Assembly (NCBI GenBank): GCA_001724245.1
Contig: MEDX01000042.1
Coordinates: 1 to 32,399, forward strand
Reading direction: 5' to 3'
DNA from: Fonticula-like sp. SCN 57-25
Taxonomy: Eukaryota
DNA length: 32,399 bases
The position numbers and the translations under genes are program-made. Below are positions 20,909 through 31,919 of the stretch, piece by piece; positions within the stretch are counted from its first letter, which is position 1, and every line of letters starts with the position of its first letter. The notes beneath the pieces were generated by a model, which saw nothing but the letters and a program-made list of their open reading frames with translations, did not search any database and was not told where the DNA came from.

Positions 20909-21235
20909 CGCCATAGAATGCGATTGAAGACCTTTTGCATCAGGCAGGAGAGATCCCGCCTTCACAAACTCGCTGCACAGGACGCTCGCAGGACAACCGC
21001 CGCACGCATCCCGACCGCGCGTATCTCCGCGACGCTACACCCGAGGCTTGCGCCATTCTATCGTTATTTGGAGAAACACCAATTATTGCTTGCGCGCCTT
21101 TGACATGCGCGACTTTGCTCGCGTAGGTTTCGGATGATTTTCGATGGTCCGATGCCCGCGCACTGATCCGACGTTCGATCACTCAAATAGATTAAAACTG
21201 TACTTTAATTACACAAACACTAGCTATAGACAACT

Positions 21236-22190
21236 TTAAAAGAGGCGGCGGAAGCGCCAAATGGCGACGCCAATGATTGTCAGCGCAGGCAGATCATAGT
21301 TGAGAATGAATTTGACTCGGCGGATGCTGGTGATCTGTGCCTGAAATTCCTCGCGATCGTTGACGTGCGGGAACGGTGTCTCTGGCGCTATTGAAAACGG
21401 CGTTAGACCACACAATAGTTCCAAAAGCAATAACCTACCGGGCAGCTGCAAAAACTTGCACAGCGGGTCCCAGCCCTCCTTGACACGAAAGATGAGCAGG
21501 CGGTCGGCGGGGACAGTTGCGATAATGTCGTTGTTGAGCCGGTTGAACGCGTGGATGGTGAGCTCGCGGTTGTGCATCAGCTGCCGACCATTGGGGCAGC
21601 CGTGAAGCTCTGTGATGTGCGCGCGCTCCCATTAGCCACGTGCGACGAAAAAGGTGCGGCGTACTGTCCCAGACGGCGGCGTCGGCCATCCGAATAAAGC
21701 GGCGCATCACGGGGAAGAGGAGACCAACGATGAACCCAGGATCGGCAAGCTCGTCGGAGAACGCAAGGACGGACTCGCGCACGCTGTCGTACCAGTCGTT
21801 CGGATCGCGCAGCGTGAGGATGAGCTTGGCATTGGGATACTTGACCATCAGCTCGCGGTAAAACTGGCTGGCGGGGCAATCGGCGCTCGAGCGGTAGTTG
21901 GCAAAAAGGGTGTCCCAGTCCATCGGCGCCTCTTAAAATGGTTCAGTGTCAGCGTCTACTCGGAGCAAGCACCATAGACCGTACTGCCCAGCGCAAAGTC
22001 GGCCCACATGTCAAGATGCCCAGGCTCCTTGGCGGCCTCCACCATGTGGTAGGTGGGGCCATACCCTAGCTGGTCCTGTGGCGTTCCGTAAGAAACACAG
22101 ACCAAGCAAAAAAAATCATACGAGAGCAGCCTTGAGCGACAGGGTGCCTGTGCGGCCAAAGCCGACGTTGATGGCCAAAAGTTCCGGCAT
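21236..22190 (-). CDS. P-loop sulfotransferase-family protein (Sulfotransfer_4-like, ~253 aa) with C-terminal hydrophobic anchor; 5 exons
   Basis: GFGRTGTLSLKAAL, YHM, DWDTLF, DCPA, YPNAKLILTLRDPNDWYDS, VPADRLL..GWDPLCKFL and PFPHVN. Introns 22076-22121, 21932-21972, 21610-21664 and 21388-21438 give an in-frame 762-nt CDS. Confidence 0.9.
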
Positions 22191-22244
22191 GGCGACGGCT
22201 GTCACGTTTTGCAATCTCTCGTCGATCGCAAGCTTCAAAAGTGC

Positions 22245-22250
22245 AAAAAA
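22245..22250 (-). terminator. RNA polymerase III terminator (T6) of tRNA-Trp
   Basis: TTTTTT on the minus strand 4 nt after the tRNA 3' end. Confidence 0.8.
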
Positions 22251-22254
22251 TGAT

Positions 22255-22327
22255 TGAGGAGTGAAGGAATTGAACCACCGACCGTTCGATCTGGAGTCGA
22301 ACGCTCTACCATCTGAGCTAACCCCTC
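22255..22327 (-). tRNA. tRNA-Trp (anticodon CCA), no intron
   Basis: GAGGGGT TA GCTC AGATGGTA GAGC G TTCGA CTCCAGA TCGAA CGGTC GGTGG TTCAATT CCTTC ACTCCTC A folds as a 73-nt cloverleaf with A and B boxes; one U-U mismatch in the T stem. Confidence 0.95.
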
Positions 22328-22604
22328 TTTCGTACATTGCGTGGCACAAAAAACAAGCCTTGAAAGTAACAGTGGGCCCTCGCGAGGTTTCATGCGGACC
22401 ACACTGCCACCGCTCGCGTCGTCTCTTCAATAAATTGTCGTAGCTTGGATAGCCGCCCGTAAAGAAAATGTAAATACCGCATTTGGTTGCATAGTATGGC
22501 CAGTGTATTCATTGGCAAGCACGAACCAAGCACAAACGGCCCATAAAATAGTGTACAGCATCAGCACATCGACACGAAAAAACAACGAAACGACCACGGC
22601 TGCC

Positions 22605-22895
22605 TCACCCGCCATGCAACGTAGAGATAAACACCACCGTGTCGTTTTCCTTGAGCTCATACTTGGTCTGGCCCTCAATTTCCCAGTCGACATCGTTGAT
22701 AAGCACGAGGATGCCCGGCCGCACCGTGTCGCCGCTGAGGAACAGCTCTGGCCGCTCCTTGCACATGTTGTCCCTCATCCACAGCAAAAGCTCGCCGAGC
22801 GTTGCGCCGGTGGCGATCGGGACGTCCGCGTCGTGCCGCTTCACGCCCCCAAAGAGAAGCTCGGCACCCCCGCTAAACTCGATCCGCAGCTTCAT
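22605..22895 (-). CDS. URM1: Ubiquitin-related modifier 1 (96 aa), intronless
   Basis: [11 protein letters not shown]...[24 protein letters not shown]...[10 protein letters not shown]; the true start is the internal ATG at 22895. Confidence 0.97.
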   Translation of the reverse strand: MKLRIEFSGGAELLFGGVKRHDADVPIATGATLGELLLWMRDNMCKERPELFLSGDTVRPGILVLINDVDWEIEGQTKYELKENDTVVFISTLHGG

Positions 22896-22910
22896 GTCGT
22901 GGGTTGGAAA

Positions 22911-22922
22911 TTTGGCGCGAAA
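22911..22922. promoter_or_regulatory. Candidate E2F double site in the URM1/UNC80-like bidirectional promoter
   Basis: TTTGGCGCGAAA (reverse complement TTTCGCGCCAAA) matches TTTSSCGC on both strands, within a 130-bp divergent intergenic gap. Confidence 0.45.
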
Positions 22923-23025
22923 CGAGGGGTGATTGAAATTACCCACCTTCGGATTCCCTCGAGGTGTGCACCCCCCTTCATCTGTTCTAGGAAAGAATAC
23001 AAACAGTGTAGCAGAACCTGGCGGC

Positions 23026-26000
23026 ATGATGACGGACGAGGCGCCAGCCGAACCACCTGTGGTTGCGGCCTCCGCTGCTGACACCGCGGCCGCGCCGTTG
23101 GCGAGTGAGCGTGCCAGGAGTAAATGGCAGGCAGCCGCCGGCAAGATCATCGACATCAGCAAGGATGAGAAGGATGTCGCGTTGAAAAAGGTCGTGGTCA
23201 TGGCGAGCGCTCAGCATCAGGCCCTGACGGTCGCCGTGCTCGAAAAGTACTTGAAGGTGCGAAGGATCTTGCTCCTGCTTGTTGTGCAGGGCCATGCTGA
23301 CATGCGGACCCGATAGAAACGGGACAGCGCGGCAGTGCTGGGCTACTTTCAAAAGCTGACCACCAGGGAGACCAACATCCCCTGCGCGATGGAGCTCTTT
23401 GCATTCCTCACAAGCGCATCGTTCGAGCACGACTGTACGCCGCCGACGCTTTTGTACTCCGTTTTAACATATGGGCGTGGTAGCTTCGAACAACTTTTTG
23501 CTGTCGTGCGCCGACACATTCGGCGAAATTTACCGCGTGTACCTCGAGGACAAGAAGGAAGATGCCCGCCCCGCCGACTGGGTACGACGCGCTAGCGATG
23601 CTTTCCACATGAGCTGACTCGAGCCGCCGTGTATAGCAAATCATTGCCTTTCACCGCGCGCTGCTGATCTTTGTGCACAACGTGTTTGAGTGGCACACTG
23701 ACCTGCTGGTGCGCGCTCTTGATATTACATCAAAGTCCTCTGACATTTTCGCCACAGAAATCCATCTGCCCGCTGTTGCTAAAGTTTACGACGGCCGTGT
23801 ATGGCGAATGCGACTGGGAAAGCGACAAAAAGTCGTACTTCAAGAGCCCGTCTCTCAACCGGACCTTTTTCGAAATGACCGCGTACATCGTGCAGCTGCT
23901 GTTTGTGAAGCAGTCTGTGCGCAACAGCTCGGCGGATAGGGAGGGTACGCTTTGGAATTCACCCGCTAGAATACTCATATATGTGTCGTAGCCTATGCGG
24001 ACAAGATGAGCTCGCATATCACTACTCTGCACCTCAACTTGAGCAAGTGGGCCGCCTCCAACTATATCTTCCAGGGATGGGTCGCGCACATCCTTGCTGC
24101 CCCGCTGCTGGAAGAGCGCTCAAAGGTCCGTGATAAGGCGATCGACATTCTTCTTCGGAGCCTCAAGGAGATTCCCCTGAGCATTCAGGACTCGCCTTCG
24201 CTTGTGCTTGCATTGATCCGCAACTTTGATGGCGACACCTCGCTGTTCAGCAAGGCCGCCGATTTTGTGCGCATGCTGCACACCGGCAAGCAGATTTTGC
24301 CGCACGAGTACCCACATATCGTGGCCTTTTTGCTGCGGTCGTTGGCACTCGTGGCGGACAGCTCGGCCAAGAAGCCGGCCATCATTAGCTCGCAGATTGA
24401 TATGTGCAGGCTGCTTGCCGTCTTTGACGATCAGTACATTACCGCAGGCTGCGACCTTTTTATTGGAAAGGAGTCTCTTCAGCTCATCGTTAGGCTCATG
24501 TATGTGCTCTTTGTCGAGGAGCCCACCAAGGCGGACGCGCGCAAGGGCAGGGCGCCCGGTAAGCCCGAGGAGGCTGCCAACATTTCTTTTGTATTGACGA
24601 CATTCGAGCGCAGCCTCGACTCGATTCTTGACGTGCGCAGTACTATAGTTGTTTTTGTTTGCCTGACTTGAGTTTAGCTTGCGGTCTCGTCGCCGCGTCC
24701 GATGACAGAGGACCAGACGGCGATGCGCAAGATTTTGCATGCCATCGCCAAGCGCTCGCCAAAGCGTCTTGGCACTACCCTGCTGTCCATTAGCAAGTGC
24801 TCGGGGGGGAACACGCGAGGCCGCGTTGCCAATGCGGCGCGCCTTGCCTTTTTGTGCGAATTCTTCCGGTTTGATGAGCTCTTTTTCCCCGAGAGCGTCC
24901 GTGACGCCGCGCCTGCTCTTACCGAGTTTGCCAACAAGCCCGTCCTGTTCATTCACCTCGTGGAGGGGTCGACGACCGGCGTGTCCACCATCCTCCTGGA
25001 GTTGATTGTTCAGATGCAGCGCTGGAAGCACGCGCTGGAAGTCAAGGCAAAGGAAAAGAGCGACGTTGCTCAGCTCGTGCGGCAGATTCGTGAGAACGTC
25101 AGCACGATGGAGTACTGGCTCCTGGTTCACCTGCAGAGCGTCGTCTCGCAGGGCCTGGACATTGGCGTGGTGCCGGCGGACGCCGACCAGCCGAATGCCG
25201 CCGGAAATGCCCTCTTTTTGCAGATGCTCTACGTGCAGTTTTTCCAGGAGGCGCGTGCCTTTGTCCCCGTCTCGAAGAAGTACGCGAGCTCTAAGCATTG
25301 TGTTTTGCCGCTGACTCTTTTGCCTACAGAGTAAAGGGGTGGGTGAGCATTCTTTGCCGGTGCGGCCAGGCTGAAGCTCCCGCGGCGGCCCTGGCGCAGC
25401 TCGCGGCCGTGATGGATGAGACGCTCAAGCTTTACAAGAGCACGTTGACGCCGACGTTCATGTCTCGCCCGCCGAGCCTCAGCGTCCACCCCGATTCGGC
25501 GTTTATGCTCTCGTTCCGTGTTCGCGAAGAGGCGCTCGTTGACCTTGCGTCTTCTCTGCCGTGCCAGCAGGCCTACCGCTCGCTCCTGTACGTCGTGCAG
25601 GGGGCGCCATCCCTGCTCGGCGCTGTCAAGACATCGAACCTCTTGGAGCAGCTCTGGAAGAAGCTGGACGAAAAGCCCTACGGCAGCGAGTACCGCACAA
25701 TCTGCATGGTCTTCCAGGGGCTCGCTGACGTCAAGGAGCTGGAGCCGGCGGCGCGCAAGCTTGTCCTGTCGGACTTGTACGACAAGTCGCCCGCTGTGCG
25801 CACCAAAGCCGTCATCAAGGTGGGGCACTTTTTCGACCTGCGCGTTCACTTTGGTGTGGACGACAAGTTCTTCAAGATCCCGGTCATGCTCATTTCCTTC
25901 CCGTCCATTCCCATCGGCCGCGACGACTACAACGTTGACGAGGTGCGCATATTTGTTCGGTGCTTCCCTGTGCTGATTTTTTTTCCTCTGTAGCCCGAGT

Positions 26001-29000
26001 GGTACCGCCACATCAAGCTGTCGGCCGAGGTTCAGTCGATGGCCTTTTCGCAGAAGCGCGCGACCGAGTCGCAGAAGCGCACCGTTGAGCGCGAGCGCGA
26101 GCAGCGCAAGGCTCTGTCTGCCACTCGCACGCCCGCGCACGCGTTTGCGACGGGCGAGGCCTCCTCGTCGCTCTCGTCGTTCTACTCCAACATTCTGCCG
26201 CTTGCGGCGCAGGTTCTCATCGACCTCTTGGACGACACGAACCCCGCTGTTGTCCTGCAGGTGCGGCCGCTGCTCCGCCGCATCATTGTCGAGGAGCCCA
26301 ATATCGTCCTTCGGCCTTTCCTTGGTGACTTCAGTCACTGCGTCCAGGCGCTTCTCTCGGCCACGCGGGCGCCCGGTGCAAACGCCCCCACGATAACCCC
26401 CGCTGCAAAGGAGGCCGCCGCCGAGGCTGTTCAGGTAAACTTTTTGCGTCTGCAGCCTTCGCACGCGCGCCTGATTCGCCTGGCCACCCTTGAGCCTCGC
26501 GTTTCAAGCATGTTTGCGCACACGCTGTTCAGCTACCTGCTCGGCGGCATCAAGACGGTGGCCGATGATGCGCCGGTCGCGGTTCCCTACGTGCAGAATA
26601 TCTTTACACCGCTCTTTACTTTCTGCCTGAGCGCAATCAAGGACCTTCGCCTGCGCGACGTTCGCCGCAGCCGCACCGAAAACCTCTTGGTGACGAACGG
26701 CTCGTTCTGGTATTCGCACCAAGAGTCGCAAAAGGGTACGCGCGCGGTCGCCAATATATCACTTTCTGACCGTATCGCACCCATAGAATCCCAAAAGGCG
26801 TTCCCTCGCGGCCCCAACGATGTTCCAAAGTCGGTCGGCCCCCTTTTGCCCGCCTCGTACCGCGGGTGGTCGCCGCTCAAGATGCTCACGTTCAACATGC
26901 ACAATATGCGCGTGCACCAGGTCCTCTTTATGATTGCGTTTGCAAAGTACTGCCCGTCTGAGCTGACGCTGCTCAAGACATCGCTGCTCCCGATGACCGA
27001 GAACCTCAAGAACATGGACGACTGGGGGCTCACGAACGGAGAGGCGGGCTCGACGCTCTCTGCGTCCATCGCGCTTCTTTCCCACGAGCATAAGCGCCTG
27101 TGGCTCCGGTTCCTCGAGACCGTCTGCCGCCAGTTCAACGAGGACAACAACTTCCTCGACCACAAGTACGCATTTTTTCGTTTTGCCGTGCATTTGCTGA
27201 TAGTTTTTCCTTAAAGGGAGCTGGTTGACCTGATTGACACGGTCAATGCGGTGGTTACCCGGTACATGTCGGACGCGGATATTGTCCGCCAGGCCTTTGT
27301 GTTTTACATCTCGGTCGCGGTGTACTTTTTCCTGTGGTGCGACCGCCTCGGCTACCTGTCGTTCATGGCCACGTTTGTGCGCGTTTTCCACAACGCGGTG
27401 ACGAACCGCCTTGACGACATTGTTGACGGCGCCCGCTACACGTATGCGCGCTTTGTCGCCCTGCACCAAGACCGCTTTGTCCTTCAAAACATCGAGGCCA
27501 ACCACGCGCAGCTCGTTGGACCCAACGCCGACAGCGCCCTTGCCTCGAGCTTCTTCCAGCTCATCATGACGGTGCAGGAGCGTGAGGTGGACTCTGACGC
27601 GGCCGCGCGCGGCGTCGTGATTGGCGGCGTCACGCCGACGACGCCGCGCCACGTGACGCCTCGCCTGTCGGTGGACGTGGCGGCGCTCGTGGGCGAACTG
27701 CACGGCGGCGGCGACCTCATGGGGCGCCGAGGCACAGCCGTGGCTGGCGCCCGTCGCCACACCGTCGTCCTGCCCAAGCAGGGGGGGACCCTTGGCGGAC
27801 CCGGCGCTGCTGATATGACGCCGCCGACCACGGCGCACGAGAACGGCATCACCATGAAGTCTATCTCGCAGATGAAGGACACACTCGGCGTATTTTTGGA
27901 TGCGCCGCCGGTGCGCGTCGCCAAAAAGGGCAAGTACGAGCAGGAGCACAAGTGGTTCCAGAGGAGCGAGGACGAGCAGGCGGTCAACGAGTTTGGCGTC
28001 GCGTTCTACATGAAGACATTCCTCACAATGATTGCGCTCAACCCCAATACGCCGCGCTCCCTCACCCTCATGAAGGTGCGTTTTACATTTATAGATTGTG
28101 GCTCTGGTCTAACGCGTTTATCGTAGATGTGGCGCACCCTCATGCCGTACATGCTGCCCTTCCTGAAGGAGCGCACGGAAGACACTGTCCTGCGCGACGC
28201 CGTTCGCCTCCTCATCATGCGCATCGTCAAGCGCATCGTGAGCAGCAAGTGCGTACCCTGCTTCTTGCCCCGTCTGTGCGCTAACCTTCATTTTCAGGGC
28301 CTCTGCGGCCGGCCGCGAAGTGACGCGCATCACGCGCTTCCTCCGCAGCAGCGACCACTCTGCCGCCCTCCTCAAGGAAATCGTCCTGTTTGTCCAGTTT
28401 TACGTCAAGTCTGGCGGCACGCTCAAGGAGCCCGAGGCCGTCGTTATGGGCCGCGTGCTCAGCAACACCATCCGCGACAACCCGTCGCTCATCGACAGCG
28501 GCCTCGAGTGGTTTGCCGAGTACGCTTTCCTTTGCCCGCTTTATGTGATGATTAACCCTGATGTGCAGGTTCATTGACACGACGTTTGAGAATGCGACGG
28601 TTGACCCGCGGTCGCCGCTCGCGCGCAAGGCGGTCCTTTCCGACCAGCTCTCGCGCCTCATCCGCAGCAACCTCAAGTGGGCCACCGACGCTCCCAGCAT
28701 GCTCCGCGGCTTCACGTGCGTCCCGCCCGCCGTGCCCGCTTTCACTTACCCATTTTGTAGGGCCTTTTTGCGCGCGAACCCGCTTGAGGCGGTCAACGCC
28801 GAGATCGCGAACCACTTCCTCGAGTTTGCGCTTGCGGTCGCGCTCGAGTCGCCGCCGGTCAAGAAGGCGAAGAAGGTCGACATTAGCGCGACGTCGCTGC
28901 CGTCCCAGGCGAACCTCGGCGTCGACCCGGCGTCGCTGTTGGCAGAGGCGGTCGACGCTGCCGACGAGACCGCCGCGCCTGCCGCCCCTGCCGCTCAGCT

Positions 29001-29775
29001 GCCCAACGCAGACATTATCGACTTTTTGCAAGCGGTACGACTTTGCTTAGCTCTTTTTATTGTGCTGACGTGTGTGCAGCTGATTGAGAATACGTCCGAG
29101 GATATTATCGTTCGCATTCTTGCCGGCACTGCGTCCGGCCAGAACGTGGCGCTGTACATTCTGTACCCGCTGGCGCACCAGCTGTCGCGCACGCGCGAGA
29201 CCAACGGCGACTATGGTGCGTGCACGCCTTTTTATCTCTTTGTCTGACCATGCTCGTGTGCAGTTGAGGACGCGTGGGTGCGGATCATTTCCTATCTTGC
29301 CGAGAATGTCGCAAAGACGTCTGCTTTGCCCGCTGCGTCGCGGAATGCGCGCAGTATCGTGGCGAATGCTGCCAACGTCAATGCGCTTCTGCTTGCGCTG
29401 CTCCGCCCGCCGTCGGGCTTTTTGCATCCGGACGCGACGCACAACGCCACGTCGGCGTTCCGCGTCATCCTCGCGCAGTTTAGCAAGCGGCCCGCCGCCG
29501 CCGAGCCGGACGCGCCCGCCGACCTCGATGAGCTCACGCGGTTCCGCGTGCTCGACTACCTATCGACGGTCCGCGGGCAGCTCTCGCAGCTGCTGCGGCC
29601 GCATGTGGCGCTCATCTTGCCTACTATTGTCGCGACCACTGAGGAGCAGAAGCGCATCGTCGAGGCCGCCGAGCGCACTGTTGCGACCGGGTCCGTATCG
29701 GCGAAGAACGCAGAGTTTTTGAAGCGGCTCGAGGCGGACCACGGCCGCATCATGGTCGCGAGCGACCGCAAGTAA
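23026..29775 (+). CDS. UNC80: UNC80-like large helical-repeat protein (NALCN channel auxiliary subunit homologue), ~1984 aa; 17 exons
   Basis: Introns 23257-23316, 23435-23483, 23582-23636, 23709-23757, 23945-23991, 24633-24677, 25280-25329, 25943-25993, 26736-26786, 27166-27216, 28076-28126, 28249-28297, 28520-28568, 28716-28760, 29035-29079 and 29216-29263 give an in-frame 5955-nt CDS. Ordered blocks resemble UNC80 as I recall it: [20 protein letters not shown]...[40 protein letters not shown]...AVYF...[27 protein letters not shown]. Confidence 0.75.
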
Positions 29776-30203
29776 TCTTTGCATTTTTACTATATTTTTG
29801 CCTCTTTCTTTTCTTGCATGCTGCTGTAGTTTGACACGTATTTCTTTCGAGTTGTGATTGTTTTTCGTTTTGCGCGTTCGTTGCACATCCTTTGCAGTGT
29901 TGCGCGTTGTACCGCCATATCCAAGCAAATCGCTTTACCAGAATTCAATCAATTTTATACCATCACTCTGAAGCATTTCTTTTGTTGTGCACGTGTGCTG
30001 AAAGTGGACAAGGTCTTTATTTATAGCAAAACTAGATGTGAACACACAAGTTTGAAGAGGCTGTAGTGACCCAGGGTGTGCTCAAATGTGCGGAAATACG
30101 TATTGGGACGTGTAACAGACGTATTTATGTCACGACCAGTATAAAAACTGCCTCCAAAGTGGCGTCCTTCGCAGAGCAAATCCATAAGTAGTTTTGAGGG
30201 CTG

Positions 30204-30287
30204 TGCTACGTCAAATCCGAAATTCCGAAATCGAGTTTTGGATTGGCGGATTGCTTGCTACGTCATTTTGGCGACAGTTTCGGATTT
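30204..30287. repeat. Subterminal repeats of the transposon
   Basis: TGCTACGTCA at 30204-30213 and 30256-30265; AAATCCGAAA at 30213-30222 with its exact reverse complement TTTCGGATTT at 30278-30287; related TCCGAAAT/CGGATT copies in between. Confidence 0.65.
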
Positions 30288-30380
30288 TATGATGGGCCAA
30301 TATGGCGACAATAAATTTGAATTTCCCTCCAACTTTGGCGCCATCACTGTGCTGATCTGAGAGAAAGGCTTTTTCCCACC

Positions 30381-31714
30381 ATGACTGCTGGACGTCCGCG
30401 AGCGACCACTGACCCTAACGACACGAGCACGTGGACGAAGCAGGCACTCCTCGCCTATTGTAGGCAGAACCAGATCCGCATCGGCACGAACAACGTGGTC
30501 GCCGTTCTGATGGAGACTGTGAACGGCCACATGGCGCGCACTCGGCTCGCTCAGGAACCCGTCACGGAGCACGCTGAAGCGGAAGCGGTTGGATGTGCGC
30601 CTTTTTTTTTGGTGAATTGCGTGATGCTGAATGTATTTCTAGTGGTTGGGGACGTGAGCGCTCTGGCAGCCTCGAGCTCTTCGCCGGCAGCCTGGAGCCC
30701 TTTGCCGTCTGCCTCGAGCCCTTTGCCGTCTGCCTCGAGCTCTGCGCCTGCGCCGTTGGCAACCACGCAGCGCTTGTTTGTCGAGCCGGGGTCTTCAGCG
30801 AGCCAGGCGGCTGTTGACTTTACTGTGGCCTCCGCTATGACGCCCAGCCCGCAGGCGTCCATGGCGACTCCGGCCGCAGCAACTGGTCCACCTGCACCGG
30901 CGGGAGGATCGAGCCGTGTCACCATTGCGCCAGCCCAGGCGCACTTCACGCACCATGAAATTGCGCGGCTGACGCGCATCATGGCCGACCCCGCCAACGC
31001 GGTGCTCCACTACCGGCTGCAGGATCGCCGCACCCGCGCGCAGCTGGACGACCCGACCTACGTGGCGGACCCCTTTGCCGTGGGGTCGTTGGGTAATGCC
31101 GGCCAGCCCGGCATCATTGAGACGTTTTTCAATAACCACACACTCGTCTACGAGAACGAGTGGCCCACGGTCGCGGAGGTGCGGGGCACGGACCCCAACC
31201 TCCACCCCCATGCCCGCAGCGGGGAGGCGCTCAAAGCGCAGTGGACAAAACTGAAGGGAAGCTTTTCGGTTGCCTACAACCGCTTCTCTGCGTCGGGGCA
31301 GAACAACCCCGACAACTTTATGCACTTTACGCATGGGGATGCCAAGCTCTATTACATGTTTTTGGCGTTTAGGGAGTCCCCTAGCCTCGAAGCCATCCTG
31401 CGCACCCTCCCCGCGGAGGCGCAGCGAGATGAAGGTACGCGCGTGAGTGCATTGCTGTAGGATGTGATCTTTAATTTGTTTTCTGTACTATACTAGGCCT
31501 TCCTTCTTCATCGACATCGGGACGCGTGCAAGCCACCAAACGCAAAGCCTCCATGGTCGAGCAGGAGGAGGCGGCTGTCCTGAAGGCCAAGGCCGCGCAG
31601 ATTCGCGCGAAGGAGCTGAGCACGCTTCTCGATGTCCAGTCCCGTTTACCGGAGGGCAGCACTGCGCGCCAGAAGATTGACGAGCGATTGGCGAAGCTTT
31701 TGGAGGAGATGTAG
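30381..31714 (+). CDS. Harbinger-associated Myb/SANT-like DNA-binding protein (~407 aa); 3 exons
   Basis: FTHHEIARL...TRAQLD...RSGEALKAQWTKLKGSFSVAYNRFSASGQN..LYY pattern plus a C-terminal coiled coil; introns 30595-30642 and 31435-31496; adjacent to the transposase. Confidence 0.75.
30669..30752 (+). repeat. 21-bp coding tandem repeat (about 4 imperfect copies; ASSPLPS)
   Basis: GCCTCGAGCTCTTCGCCGGCA / GCCTGGAGCCCTTTGCCGTCT / GCCTCGAGCCCTTTGCCGTCT / GCCTCGAGCTCTGCGCCTGCG. Confidence 0.8.
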
Positions 31715-31753
31715 CAAGAAGAGTTGATGATACGAACGTTGCCGACCGAAATG

Positions 31754-31813
31754 ACAAGTAAAAAACGAGAACAAGTAAAGCACGAGAACAAGTAAAACAC
31801 GAGAACAAGTAAA
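31754..31813. repeat. 17-bp tandem repeat (about 3.5 copies) between the convergent transposon genes
   Basis: ACAAGTAAAAAACGAGA / ACAAGTAAAGCACGAGA / ACAAGTAAAACACGAGA / ACAAGTAAA. Confidence 0.85.
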
Positions 31814-31919
31814 GAAACAAGATGTAAACCCAAAACAAAAATAATAACGTGGTCGCAGCGAACCCAACCTGCCAACCAAAGCTACAAAAAAGTAAAAAAC
31901 ACTTCCGAGAACCACTTTT

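Noticed and set aside
22255-22327. UGA-reassigning tRNA-Trp or alternative genetic code
   Set aside because: The anticodon stem has the full 5 bp, and TGA, TAA and TAG all terminate conserved genes here; in-frame stops are explained by introns.
21236-22895. Sulfotransferase, tRNA and URM1 as a sulfur/tRNA-thiolation cluster
   Set aside because: Urm1 thiolates U34 of Lys/Glu/Gln tRNAs, not Trp(CCA), and sulfotransferases use PAPS; adjacency is probably chance.
22896-23201. N-terminally extended 198-aa URM1
   Set aside because: The extension is antisense to the first UNC80-like exon; URM1 homology begins at ATG 22895.
1709-29263. Introns as Introner-like transposable elements
   Set aside because: Intron bodies share no similarity beyond splice signals and show no consistent TIRs or target duplications.
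31754-31813. CRISPR-like array
   Set aside because: Contiguous tandem units without unique spacers, eukaryotic context, no cas genes.
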